This document shows positions 1 through 12,600 of a stretch of 64,000 nucleotides of DNA, in pieces. The notes under the pieces are model-generated. The model saw only the letters and a list, made by a program, of their open reading frames with translations, was not told the origin of the DNA and did not search any database. This stretch comes from Auanema rhodensis (taxonomy: Eukaryota; Animalia; Nematoda), in the NCBI GenBank assembly GCA_964057225.1, contig CAXKVF010000089.1:1-64000 (forward strand), read 5' to 3'. Both the position numbers and the translations under genes were made by a program. Every line of letters begins with the position of its first letter. The stretch's first letter is position 1.

Positions 1-2
1 GT

Positions 3-15
3 CATGGTTACCATG
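3..15. other. Dyad CATGGT-T-ACCATG, in nearly every monomer (first instance given)
   Basis: CATGGT is the reverse complement of ACCATG, with a 1-nt spacer. It contains a BstEII site (GGTTACC). Confidence 0.9.
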
Positions 16-93
16 CACCAATATCAATAAAAATTAGTTTTTAGACTAATATGGACATGGGGGATCTAATTTTGAAAACCGCATCTCTTTATC

Positions 94-110
94 TTTCACG
101 TGAAGCGAGT
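94..110 (+). other. CENP-B-box-like 17-mer overlapping the perfect palindrome TTCACGTGAA (nearly every monomer; first instance given)
   Basis: TTTCACGTGAAGCGAGT versus YTTCGTTGGAARCGGGA: 11/17 overall and 7 of 9 core positions. The similarity is visible in the sequence; binding is unproven. Confidence 0.35.
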
Positions 111-126
111 TACATACCAAGTGCAC

Positions 127-134
127 ATCACGTG
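127..134 (+). promoter_or_regulatory. ATCACGTG E-box matching the CDEI consensus RTCACRTG (nearly every monomer; first instance given)
   Basis: Exact 8/8 match to RTCACRTG. Function is not demonstrated. Confidence 0.35.
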
Positions 135-3100
135 TACATTTAATTAGCATAAATTAAAGTTCACGTAAATTTCAAAGTCATGGTTACCATGAACCAATAT
201 CAATAAAAATTTGTTTTTAGACTAATATGGACATGGGTAATCTAATTTTGAAAACCGCATCTCTTTAACTTTCACGTGAAGCGAGTTACATACCAAGTGC
301 ACATCACGTGTACATTTAATTAGCATAAATTAAAGTTCACGTAAATTTCAAAGTCGTGGTTACCATGCACCAATATCAATAAAAATTTGTTTTTAGACTA
401 ATATGGACATGGGGAATCTAATTTTGAAAACCGCATCTCTTTATCTTTCACGTGAAGCGAGTTACATACCAAGTGCACATCACGTGTACATTTAATTAGC
501 ATAAATTAAAGTTCACGTAAATTTCAAAGTCATGGTTACCATGCACCAATATCAATAAAAATTTGTTTTTAGACTAATATGGACATGGGGAATCTAATTT
601 TGAAAACCGCATCTCTTTATCTTTCACGTGAAGCGAGTTACATACCAAGTGCACATCACGTGTACATTTAATTAGCATAAATTAAAGTTCACGTAAATTT
701 CAAAGTCATGGTTACCATGCACCAATATCAATAAAAATTTGTTTTTAGACTAATATGGACATGGGGAATCTAATTTTGAAAACCGCATCTCTTTATCTTT
801 CACGTGAAGCGAGTTACATACCAAGTGCACATCACGTGTACATTTAATTAGCATAAATTAAAGTTCACGTAAATTTCAAAGTCATGGTTACCATGCACCA
901 ATATCAATAAAAATTTGTTTTTAGACTAATATGGACATGGGTAATCTAATTTTGAAAACCGCATCTCTTTATCTTTCACGTGAAGCGAGTTACATACCAA
1001 GTGCACATCACGTGTACATTTAATTAGCATAAATTAAAGTTCACGTAAATTTCAAAGTCATGGTTACCATGCACCAATATCAATAAAAATTTGTTTTTAG
1101 ACTAATATGGACATGGGGAATCTAATTTTGAAAACCGCATCTCTTTATCTTTCACGTGAAGCGAGTTACATACCAAGTGCACATCACGTGTACATTTAAT
1201 TAGCATAAATTAAAGTTCACGTAAATTTCAAAGTCATGGTTACCATGAACCAATATCAATAAAAATTTGTTTTTAGACTAATATGGACATGGGGAATCTA
1301 ATTTTGAAAACCGCATCTCTTTATCTTTCACGTGAAGCGAGTTACATACCAAGTGCACATCACGTGTACATTTAATTAGCATAAATTAAAGTTCACGTAA
1401 ATTTCAAAGTCATGGTTACCATGCACCAATATCAATAAAAATTTGTTTTTAGACTAATATGGACATGGGGAATCTAATTTTGAAAACCGCATCTCTTTAT
1501 CTCTCACGTGAAGCGAGTTACATACCAAGTGCACATCACGTGTACATTTAATTAGCATAAATTAAAGTTCACGTAAATTTCAAAGTCATGGTTACCATGA
1601 AGCAATATCAATAAAAATTTGTTTTTAGACTAATATGGACATGGGGAATCTAATTTTGAAAACCGCATCTCTTTATCTTTCACGTGAAGCGAGTTACATA
1701 CCAAGTGCACATCACGTGTACATTTAATTAGCATAAATTAAAGTTCACGTAAAATTCAAAGTCATGGTTACCATGCACCAATATCAATAAAAATTTGTTT
1801 TTAGACTAATATGGACATGGGGAATCTAATTTTGAAAACCGCATCTCTTTATCTTTCACGTGAAGCGAGTTACATACCAAGTGCACATCACGTGTACATT
1901 TAATTAGCATAAATTAAAGTTCACGTAAATTTCAAAGTCATGGTTACCATGCACCAATATCAATAAAAATTTGTTGTTAGACTAATATGGACATGGGGAA
2001 TCTAATTTTGAAAACCGCATCTCTTTATCTTTCACGTGAAGCGAGTTACATACCAAGTGCACATCACGTGTACATTTAATTAGCATAAATTAAAGTTCAC
2101 GTAAATTTCAAAGTCATGGTTACCATGCACCAATATCAATAAAAATTAGTTTTTAGACTAATATGGACATGGGGGATCTAATTTTGAAAACCGCATCTCT
2201 TTATCTTTCACGTGAAGCGAGTTACATACCAAGTGCACATCACGTGTACATTTAATTAGCATAAATTAAAGTTCACGTAAATTTCAAAGTCATGGTTACC
2301 ATGCACCAATATCAATAAAAATTTGTTGTTAGACTAATATGGACATGGGGAATCTAATTTTGAAAACCGCATCTCTTTATCTTTCACGTGAAGCGAGTTA
2401 CATACCAAGTGCACATCACGTGTACATTTAATTAGCATAAATTAAAGTTCACGTAAATTTCAAAGTCATGGTTACCATGCACCAATATCAATAAAAATTA
2501 GTTTTTAGACTAATATGGACATGGGGGATCTAATTTTGAAAACCGCATCTCTTTATCTTTCACGTGAAGCGAGTTACATACCAAGTGCACATCACGTGTA
2601 CATTTAATTAGCATAAATTAAAGTTCACGTAAATTTCAAAGTCATGGTTACCATGAACCAATATCAATAAAAATTTGTTTTTAGACTAATATGGACATGG
2701 GTAATCTAATTTTGAAAACCGCATCTCTTTATCTTTCACGTGAAGCGAGTTACATACCAAGTGCACATCACGTGTACATTTAATTAGCATAAATTAAAGT
2801 TCACGTAAATTTCAAAGTCATGGTTACCATGCACCAATATCAATAAAAATTTGTTTTTAGACTAATATGGACATGGGTAATCTAATTTTGAAAACCGCAT
2901 CTCTTTATCTTTCACGTGAAGCGAGTTACATACCAAGTGCACATCACGTGTACATTTAATTAGCATAAATTAAAGTTCACGTAAATTTCAAAGTCATGGT
3001 TACCATGCACCAATATCAATAAAAATTTGTTTTTAGACTAATATGGACATGGGGAATCTAATTTTGAAAACCGCATCTCTTTATCTTTCACGTGAAGCGA

Positions 3101-3696
3101 GTTACATACCAAGTGCACATCACGTGTACATTTAATTAGCATAAATTAAAGTTCACGTAAATTTCAAAGTCATGGTTACCATGAACCAATATCAATAAAA
3201 ATTTGTTTTTAGACTAATATGGACATGGGGAATCTAATTTTGAAAACCGCATCTCTTTATCTTTCACGTGAAGCGAGTTACATACCAAGTGCACATCACG
3301 TGTACATTTAATTAGCATAAATTAAAGTTCACGTAAATTTCAAAGTCATGGTTACCATGCACCAATATCAATAAAAATTTGTTTTTAGACTAATATGGAC
3401 ATGGGGAATCTAATTTTGAAAACCGCATCTCTTTATCTCTCACGTGAAGCGAGTTACATACCAAGTGCACATCACGTGTACATTTAATTAGCATAAATTA
3501 AAGTTCACGTAAATTTCAAAGTCATGGTTACCATGAAGCAATATCAATAAAAATTTGTTTTTAGACTAATATGGACATGGGGAATCTAATTTTGAAAACC
3601 GCATCTCTTTATCTTTCACGTGAAGCGAGTTACATACCAAGTGCACATCACGTGTACATTTAATTAGCATAAATTAAAGTTCACGTAAAATTCAAA

Positions 3697-6600
3697 GTCA
3701 TGGTTACCATGCACCAATATCAATAAAAATTTGTTTTTAGACTAATATGGACATGGGGAATCTAATTTTGAAAACCGCATCTCTTTATCTTTCACGTGAA
3801 GCGAGTTACATACCAAGTGCACATCACGTGTACATTTAATTAGCATAAATTAAAGTTCACGTAAATTTCAAAGTCATGGTTACCATGCACCAATATCAAT
3901 AAAAATTAGTTTTTAGACTAATATGGACATGGGGGATCTAATTTTGAAAACCGCATCTCTTTATCTTTCACGTGAAGCGAGTTACATACCAAGTGCACAT
4001 CACGTGTACATTTAATTAGCATAAATTAAAGTTCACGTAAATTTCAAAGTCATGGTTACCATGAACCAATATCAATAAAAATTTGTTTTTAGACTAATAT
4101 GGACATGGGTAATCTAATTTTGAAAACCGCATCTCTTTATCTTTCACGTGAAGCGAGTTACATACCAAGTGCACATCACGTGTACATTTAATTAGCATAA
4201 ATTAAAGTTCACGTAAATTTCAAAGTCATGGTTACCATGCACCAATATCAATAAAAATTTGTTTTTAGACTAATATGGACATGGGGAATCTAATTTTGAA
4301 AACCGCATCTCTTTATCTTTCACGTGAAGCGAGTTACATACCAAGTGCACATCACGTGTACATTTAATTAGCATAAATTAAAGTTCACGTAAATTTCAAA
4401 GTCATGGTTACCATGCACCAATATCAATAAAAATTTGTTTTTAGACTAATATGGACATGGGGAATCTAATTTTGAAAACCGCATCTCTTTATCTTTCACG
4501 TGAAGCGAGTTACATACCAAGTGCACATCACGTGTACATTTAATTAGCATAAATTAAAGTTCACGTAAATTTCAAAGTCATGGTTACCATGCACCAATAT
4601 CAATAAAAATTAGTTTTTAGACTAATATGGACATGGGGGATCTAATTTTGAAAACCGCATCTCTTTATCTTTCACGTGAAGCGAGTTACATACCAAGTGC
4701 ACATCACGTGTACATTTAATTAGCATAAATTAAAGTTCACGTAAATTTCAAAGTCATGGTTACCATGAACCAATATCAATAAAAATTTGTTTTTAGACTA
4801 ATATGGACATGGGTAATCTAATTTTGAAAACCGCATCTCTTTAACTTTCACGTGAAGCGAGTTACATACCAAGTGCACATCACGTGTACATTTAATTAGC
4901 ATAAATTAAAGTTCACGTAAATTTCAAAGTCATGGTTACCATGCACCAATATCAATAAAAATTTGTTTTTAGACTAATATGGACATGGGGAATCTAATTT
5001 TGAAAACCGCATCTCTTTATCTTTCACGTGAAGCGAGTTACATACCAAGTGCACATCACGTGTACATTTAATTAGCATAAATTAAAGTTCACGTAAATTT
5101 CAAAGTCATGGTTACCATGAACCAATATCAATAAAAATTTGTTTTTAGACTAATATGGACATGGGGAATCTAATTTTGAAAACCGCATCTCTTTATCTTT
5201 CACGTGAAGCGAGTTACATACCAAGTGCACATCACGTGTACATTTAATTAGCATAAATTAAAGTTCACGTAAATTTCAAAGTCATGGTTACCATGCACCA
5301 ATATCAATAAAAATTTGTTTTTAGACTAATATGGACATGGGGAATCTAATTTTGAAAACCGCATCTCTTTATCTTTCACGTGAAGCGAGTTACATACCAA
5401 GTGCACATCACGTGTACATTTAATTAGCATAAATTAAAGTTCACGTAAATTTCAAAGTCATGGTTACCATGAACCAATATCAATAAAAATTTGTTTTTAG
5501 ACTAATATGGACATGGGAAATCTAATTTTGAAAACCGCATCTCTTTATCTTTCACGTGAAGCGAGTTACATACCAAGTGCACATCACGTGTACATTTAAT
5601 TAGCATAAATTAAAGTTCACGTAAATTTCAAAGTCGTGGTTACCATGCACCAATATCAATAAAAATTTGTTTTTAGACTAATATGGACATGGGGAATCTA
5701 ATTTTGAAAACCGCATCTCTTTATCTTTCACGTGAAGCGAGTTACATACCAAGTGCACATCACGTGTACATTTAATTAGCATAAATTAAAGTTCACGTAA
5801 ATTTCAAAGTCATGGTTACCATGAACCAATATCAATAAAAATTTGTTTTTAGACTAATATGGACATGGGGAATCTAATTTTGAAAACCGCATCTCTTTAT
5901 CTTTCACGTGAAGCGAGTTACATACCAAGTGCACATCACGTGTACATTTAATTAGCATAAATTAAAGTTCACGTAAATTTCAAAGTCATGGTTACCATGC
6001 ACCAATATCAATAAAAATTTGTTTTCAGACTAATATGGACATGGGGAATCTAATTTTGAAAACCGCATCTCTTTATCTTTCACGTGAAGCGAGTTACATA
6101 CCAAGTGCACATCACGTGTACATTTAATTAGCATAAATTAAAGTTCACGTAAATTTCAAAGTCATGGTTACCATGCACCAATATCAATAAAAATTTGTTT
6201 TTAGACTAATATGGACATGGGGAATCTAATTTTGAAAACCGCATCTCTTTATCTTTCACGTGAAGCGAGTTACATACCAAGTGCACATCACGTGTACATT
6301 TAATTAGCATAAATTAAAGTTCACGTAAATTTCAAAGTCATGGTTACCATGCACCAATATCAATAAAAATTTGTTTTTAGACTAATATGGACATGGGTAA
6401 TCTAATTTTGAAAACCGCATCTCTTTATCTTTCACGTGAAGCGAGTTACATACCAAGTGCACATCACGTGTACATTTAATTAGCATAAATTAAAGTTCAC
6501 GTAAATTTCAAAGTCATGGTTACCATGCACCAATATCAATAAAAATTTGTTTTTAGACTAATATGGACATGGGGAATCTAATTTTGAAAACCGCATCTCT

Positions 6601-9600
6601 TTATCTTTCACGTGAAGCGAGTTACATACCAAGTGCACATCACGTGTACATTTAATCAGCATAAATTAAAGTTCACGTAAATTTCAAAGTCATGGTTACC
6701 ATGAACCAATATCAATAAAAATTTGTTTTTAGACTAATATGGACATGGGGAATCTAATTTTGAAAACCGCATCTCTTTATCTTTCACGTGAAGCGAGTTA
6801 CATACCAATTGCACATCACGTGTACATTTAATTAGCATAAATTAAAGTTCACGTAAATTTCAAAGTCATGGTTACCATGAACCAATATCAATAAAAATTT
6901 GTTTTTAGACTAATATGGACATGGGGAATCTAAATTAGAAAACCGCATCTCTTTATCTTTCACGTGAAGCGAGTTACATACCAAGTGCACATCACGTGTA
7001 CATTTAATTAGCATAAATTAAAGTTCACGTAAAATTCAAAGTCATGGTTACCATGCACCAATATCAATAAAAATTTGTTTTTAGACTAATATGGACATGG
7101 GGAATCTAATTTTGAGAACCGCATCTCTTTATCTTTCACGTGAAGCGAGTTACATACCAAGTGCACATCACGTGTACATTTAATTAGCATAAATTAAAGT
7201 TCACGTAAATTTCAAAGTCATGGTTACCATGCACCAATATCAATAAAAATTTGTTTTTAGACTAATATGGACATGGGGAATCTAATTTTGAAAACCGCAT
7301 CTCTTTATCTTTCACGTGAAGCGAGTTACATACCAAGTGCACATCACGTGTACATTTAATTAGCATAAATTAAAGTTCACGTAAATTTCAAAGTCATGGT
7401 TACCATGCACCAATATCAATAAAAATTTGTTTTTAGACTAATATGGACATGGGGAATCTAATTTTGAAAACCGCATCTCTTTATCTTTCACGTGAAGCGA
7501 GTTACATACCAAGTGCACATCACGTGTACATTTAATTAGCATAAATTAAAGTTCACGTAAATTTCAAAGTCATGGTTACCATGAACCAATATCAATAAAA
7601 ATTTGTTTTTAGACTAATATGGACATGGGGAATCTAATTTTGAGAACCGCATCTCTTTATCTTTCACGTGAAGCGAGTTACATACCAAGTGCACATCACG
7701 TGTACATTTAATTAGCATAAATTAAAGTTCACGTAAATTTCAAAGTCATGGTTACCATGCACCAATATCAATAAAAATTTGTTTTTAGACTAATATGGAC
7801 ATGGGGAATCTAATTTTGAAAACCGCATCTCTTTATCTTTCACGTGAAGCGAGTTACATACCAAGTGCACATCACGTGTACATTTAATTAGCATAAATTA
7901 AAGTTCACGTAAATTTCAAAGTCATGGTTACCATGCACCAATATCAATAAAAATTTGTTTTTAGACTAATATGGACATGGGGAATCTAATTTTGAAAACC
8001 GCATCTCTTTATCTTTCACGTGAAGCGAGTTACATACCAAGTGCACATCACGTGTACATTTAATTAGCATAAATTAAAGTTCACGTAAATTTCAAAGTCA
8101 TGGTTACCATGCACCAATATCAATAAAAATTTGTTTTTAGACTAATATGGACATGGGGAATCTAATTTTGAAAACCGCATCTCTTTATCTTTCACGTGAA
8201 GCGAGTTACATACCAAGTGCACATCACGTGTACATTTAATTAGCATAAATTAAAGTTCACGTAAATTTCAAAGTCATGGTTACCATGCACCAATATCAAT
8301 AAAAATTTGTTTTTAGACTAATATGGACATGGGGAATCTAATTTTGAAAACCGCATCTCTTTATCTTTCACGTGAAGCGAGTTACATACCAAGTGCACAT
8401 CACGTGTACATTTAATTAGCATAAATTAAAGTTCACGTAAATTTCAAAGTCATGGTTACCATGAACCAATATCAATAAAAATTTGTTTTTAGACTAATAT
8501 GGACATGGGGAATCTAATTTTGAGAACCGCATCTCTTTATCTTTCACGTGAAGCGAGTTACATACCAAGTGCACATCACGTGTACATTTAATTAGCATAA
8601 ATTAAAGTTCACGTAAATTTCAAAGTCATGGTTACCATGCACCAATATCAATAAAAATTTGTTTTTAGACTAATATGGACATGGGGAATCTAATTTTGAA
8701 AACCGCATCTCTTTATCTTTCACGTGAAGCGAGTTACATACCAAGTGCACATCACGTGTACATTTAATTAGCATAAATTAAAGTTCACGTAAATTTCAAA
8801 GTCATGGTTACCATGAAGCAATATCAATAAAAATTTGTTTTTAGACTAATATGGACATGGGGAATCTAATTTTGAAAACCGCATCTCTTTATCTTTCACG
8901 TGAAGCGAGTTACATACCAAGTGCACATCACGTGTACATTTAATTAGCATAAATTAAAGTTCACGTAAATTTCAAAGTCATGGTTACCATGCACCAATAT
9001 CAATAAAAATTTGTTTTTAGACTAATATGGACATGGGGAATCTAATTTTGAAAACCGCATCTCTTTATCTTTCACGTGAAGCGAGTTACATACCAAGTGC
9101 ACATCACGTGTACATTTAATTAGCATAAATTAAAGTTCACGTAAATTTCAAAGTCATGGTTACCATGAACCAATATCAATAAAAATTTGTTTTTAGACTA
9201 ATATGGACATGGGGAATCTAATTTTGAAAACCGCATCTCTTTATCTTTCACGTGAAGCGAGTTACATACCAAGTGCACATCACGTGTACATTTAATTAGC
9301 ATAAATTAAAGTTCACGTAAATTTCAAAGTCATGGTTACCATGAACCAATATCAATAAAAATTTGTTTTTAGACTAATATGGACATGGGGAATCTAATTT
9401 TGAAAACCGCATCTCTTTATCTTTCACGTGAAGCGAGTTACATACCAAGTGCACATCACGTGTACATTTAATTAGCATAAATTAAAGTTCACGTAAATTT
9501 CAAAGTCATGGTTACCATGAACCAATATCAATAAAAATTTGTTTTTAGACTAATATGGACATGGGGAATCTAATTTTGAAAACAGCATCTCTTTATCTTT

Positions 9601-12600
9601 CACGTGAAGCGAGTTACATACCAAGTGCACATCACGTGTACATTTAATTAGCATAAATTAAAGTTCACGTAAAATTCAAAGTCATGGTTACCATGCACCA
9701 ATATCAATAAAAATTTGTTTTTAGACTGATATGGACATGGGGAATCTAATTTTGAAAACCGCATCTCTTTATCTTTCACGTGAAGCGAGTTACATACCAA
9801 GTGCACATCACGTGTACATTTAATTAGCATAAATTAAAGTTCACGTAAATTTCAAAGTCATGGTTACCATGCACCAATATCAATAAAAATTTGTTTTTAG
9901 ACTAATATGGACATGGGGAATCTAATTTTGAAAACCGCATCTCTTTATCTTTCACGTGAAGCGAGTTACATACCAAGTGCACATCACGTGTACATTTAAT
10001 TAGCATAAATTAAAGTTCACGTAAATTTCAAAGTCATGGTTACCATGAACCAATATCAATAAAAATTTGTTTTTAGACTAATATGGACATGGGGAATCTA
10101 ATTTTGAGAACCGCATCTCTTTATCTTTCACGTGAAGCGAGTTACATACCAAGTGCACATCACGTGTACATTTAATTAGCATAAATTAAAGTTCACGTAA
10201 ATTTCAAAGTCATGGTTACCATGCACCAATATCAATAAAAATTTGTTTTTAGACTAATATGGACATGGGGAATCTAATTTTGAAAACCGCATCTCTTTAT
10301 CTTTCACGTGAAGCGAGTTACATACCAAGTGCACATCACGTGTACATTTAATTAGCATAAATTAAAGTTCACGTAAATTTCAAAGTCATGGTTACCATGC
10401 ACCAATATCAATAAAAATTTGTTTTTAGACTAATATGGACATGGGGAATCTAATTTTGAAAACCGCATCTCTTTATCTTTCACGTGAAGCGAGTTACATA
10501 CCAAGTGCACATCACGTGTACATTTAATTAGCATAAATTAAAGTTCACGTAAATTTCAAAGTCATGGTTACCATGCACCAATATCAATAAAAATTTGTTT
10601 TTAGACTAATATGGACATGGGGAATCTAATTTTGAAAACCGCATCTCTTTATCTTTCACGTGAAGCGAGTTACATACCAAGTGCACATCACGTGTACATT
10701 TAATTAGCATAAATTAAAGTTCACGTAAATTTCAAAGTCATGGTTACCATGCACCAATATCAATAAAAATTTGTTTTTAGACTAATATGGACATGGGGAA
10801 TCTAATTTTGAAAACCGCATCTCTTTATCTTTCACGTGAAGCGAGTTACATACCAAGTGCACATCACGTGTACATTTAATTAGCATAAATTAAAGTTCAC
10901 GTAAATTTCAAAGTCATGGTTACCATGAACCAATATCAATAAAAATTTGTTTTTAGACTAATATGGACATGGGGAATCTAATTTTGAGAACCGCATCTCT
11001 TTATCTTTCACGTGAAGCGAGTTACATACCAAGTGCACATCACGTGTACATTTAATTAGCATAAATTAAAGTTCACGTAAATTTCAAAGTCATGGTTACC
11101 ATGCACCAATATCAATAAAAATTTGTTTTTAGACTAATATGGACATGGGGAATCTAATTTTGAAAACCGCATCTCTTTATCTTTCACGTGAAGCGAGTTA
11201 CATACCAAGTGCACATCACGTGTACATTTAATTAGCATAAATTAAAGTTCACGTAAATTTCAAAGTCATGGTTACCATGAAGCAATATCAATAAAAATTT
11301 GTTTTTAGACTAATATGGACATGGGGAATCTAATTTTGAAAACCGCATCTCTTTATCTTTCACGTGAAGCGAGTTACATACCAAGTGCACATCACGTGTA
11401 CATTTAATTAGCATAAATTAAAGTTCACGTAAATTTCAAAGTCATGGTTACCATGCACCAATATCAATAAAAATTTGTTTTTAGACTAATATGGACATGG
11501 GGAATCTAATTTTGAAAACCGCATCTCTTTATCTTTCACGTGAAGCGAGTTACATACCAAGTGCACATCACGTGTACATTTAATTAGCATAAATTAAAGT
11601 TCACGTAAATTTCAAAGTCATGGTTACCATGAACCAATATCAATAAAAATTTGTTTTTAGACTAATATGGACATGGGGAATCTAATTTTGAAAACCGCAT
11701 CTCTTTATCTTTCACGTGAAGCGAGTTACATACCAAGTGCACATCACGTGTACATTTAATTAGCATAAATTAAAGTTCACGTAAATTTCAAAGTCATGGT
11801 TACCATGAACCAATATCAATAAAAATTTGTTTTTAGACTAATATGGACATGGGGAATCTAATTTTGAAAACCGCATCTCTTTATCTTTCACGTGAAGCGA
11901 GTTACATACCAAGTGCACATCACGTGTACATTTAATTAGCATAAATTAAAGTTCACGTAAATTTCAAAGTCATGGTTACCATGAACCAATATCAATAAAA
12001 ATTTGTTTTTAGACTAATATGGACATGGGGAATCTAATTTTGAAAACAGCATCTCTTTATCTTTCACGTGAAGCGAGTTACATACCAAGTGCACATCACG
12101 TGTACATTTAATTAGCATAAATTAAAGTTCACGTAAAATTCAAAGTCATGGTTACCATGCACCAATATCAATAAAAATTTGTTTTTAGACTGATATGGAC
12201 ATGGGGAATCTAATTTTGAAAACCGCATCTCTTTATCTTTCACGTGAAGCGAGTTACATACCAAGTGCACATCACGTGTACATTTAATTAGCATAAATTA
12301 AAGTTCACGTAAATTTCAAAGTCATGGTTACCATGCACCAATATCAATAAAAATTTGTTTTTAGACTAATATGGACATGGGGAATCTAATTTTGAAAACC
12401 GCATCTCTTTATCTTTCACGTGAAGCGAGTTACATACCAAGTGCACATCACGTGTACATTTAATTAGCATAAATTAAAGTTCACGTAAATTTCAAAGTCA
12501 TGGTTACCATGCACCAATATCAATAAAAATTTGTTTTTAGACTAATATGGACATGGGGAATCTAATTTTGAAAACCGCATCTCTTTATCTTTCACGTGAA

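Noticed and set aside
7-22. RFX X-box (GTTACCATG half-site)
   Set aside because: Only the left half matches. The right half RGYAAC is absent in all alleles (the closest is AGCAAT in C18G monomers, with too long a spacer).
56-66. G-quadruplex or telomeric motif
   Set aside because: There is only one G4-5 run per 176 bp and no telomere-type repeats.
1-176. Identity with Brassica CentBr (176 bp), Arabidopsis CEN178 or primate alpha satellite
   Set aside because: Only the length is similar. The sequence does not resemble those consensus sequences as I recall them. A BLAST search is needed for a formal assignment.
1-176. Tandem 5S rRNA, tRNA, snRNA or spliced-leader gene array
   Set aside because: No recognisable 5S or tRNA sequence, cloverleaf or Pol III A/B/C boxes. 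An Rfam/Infernal scan would settle it.
127-176. Budding-yeast point centromere (CDEI-CDEII-CDEIII)
   Set aside because: A CDEI-like 8-mer is present, but there is no 80-bp >90% AT CDEII and no properly placed CDEIII, and point centromeres are not tandem arrays.
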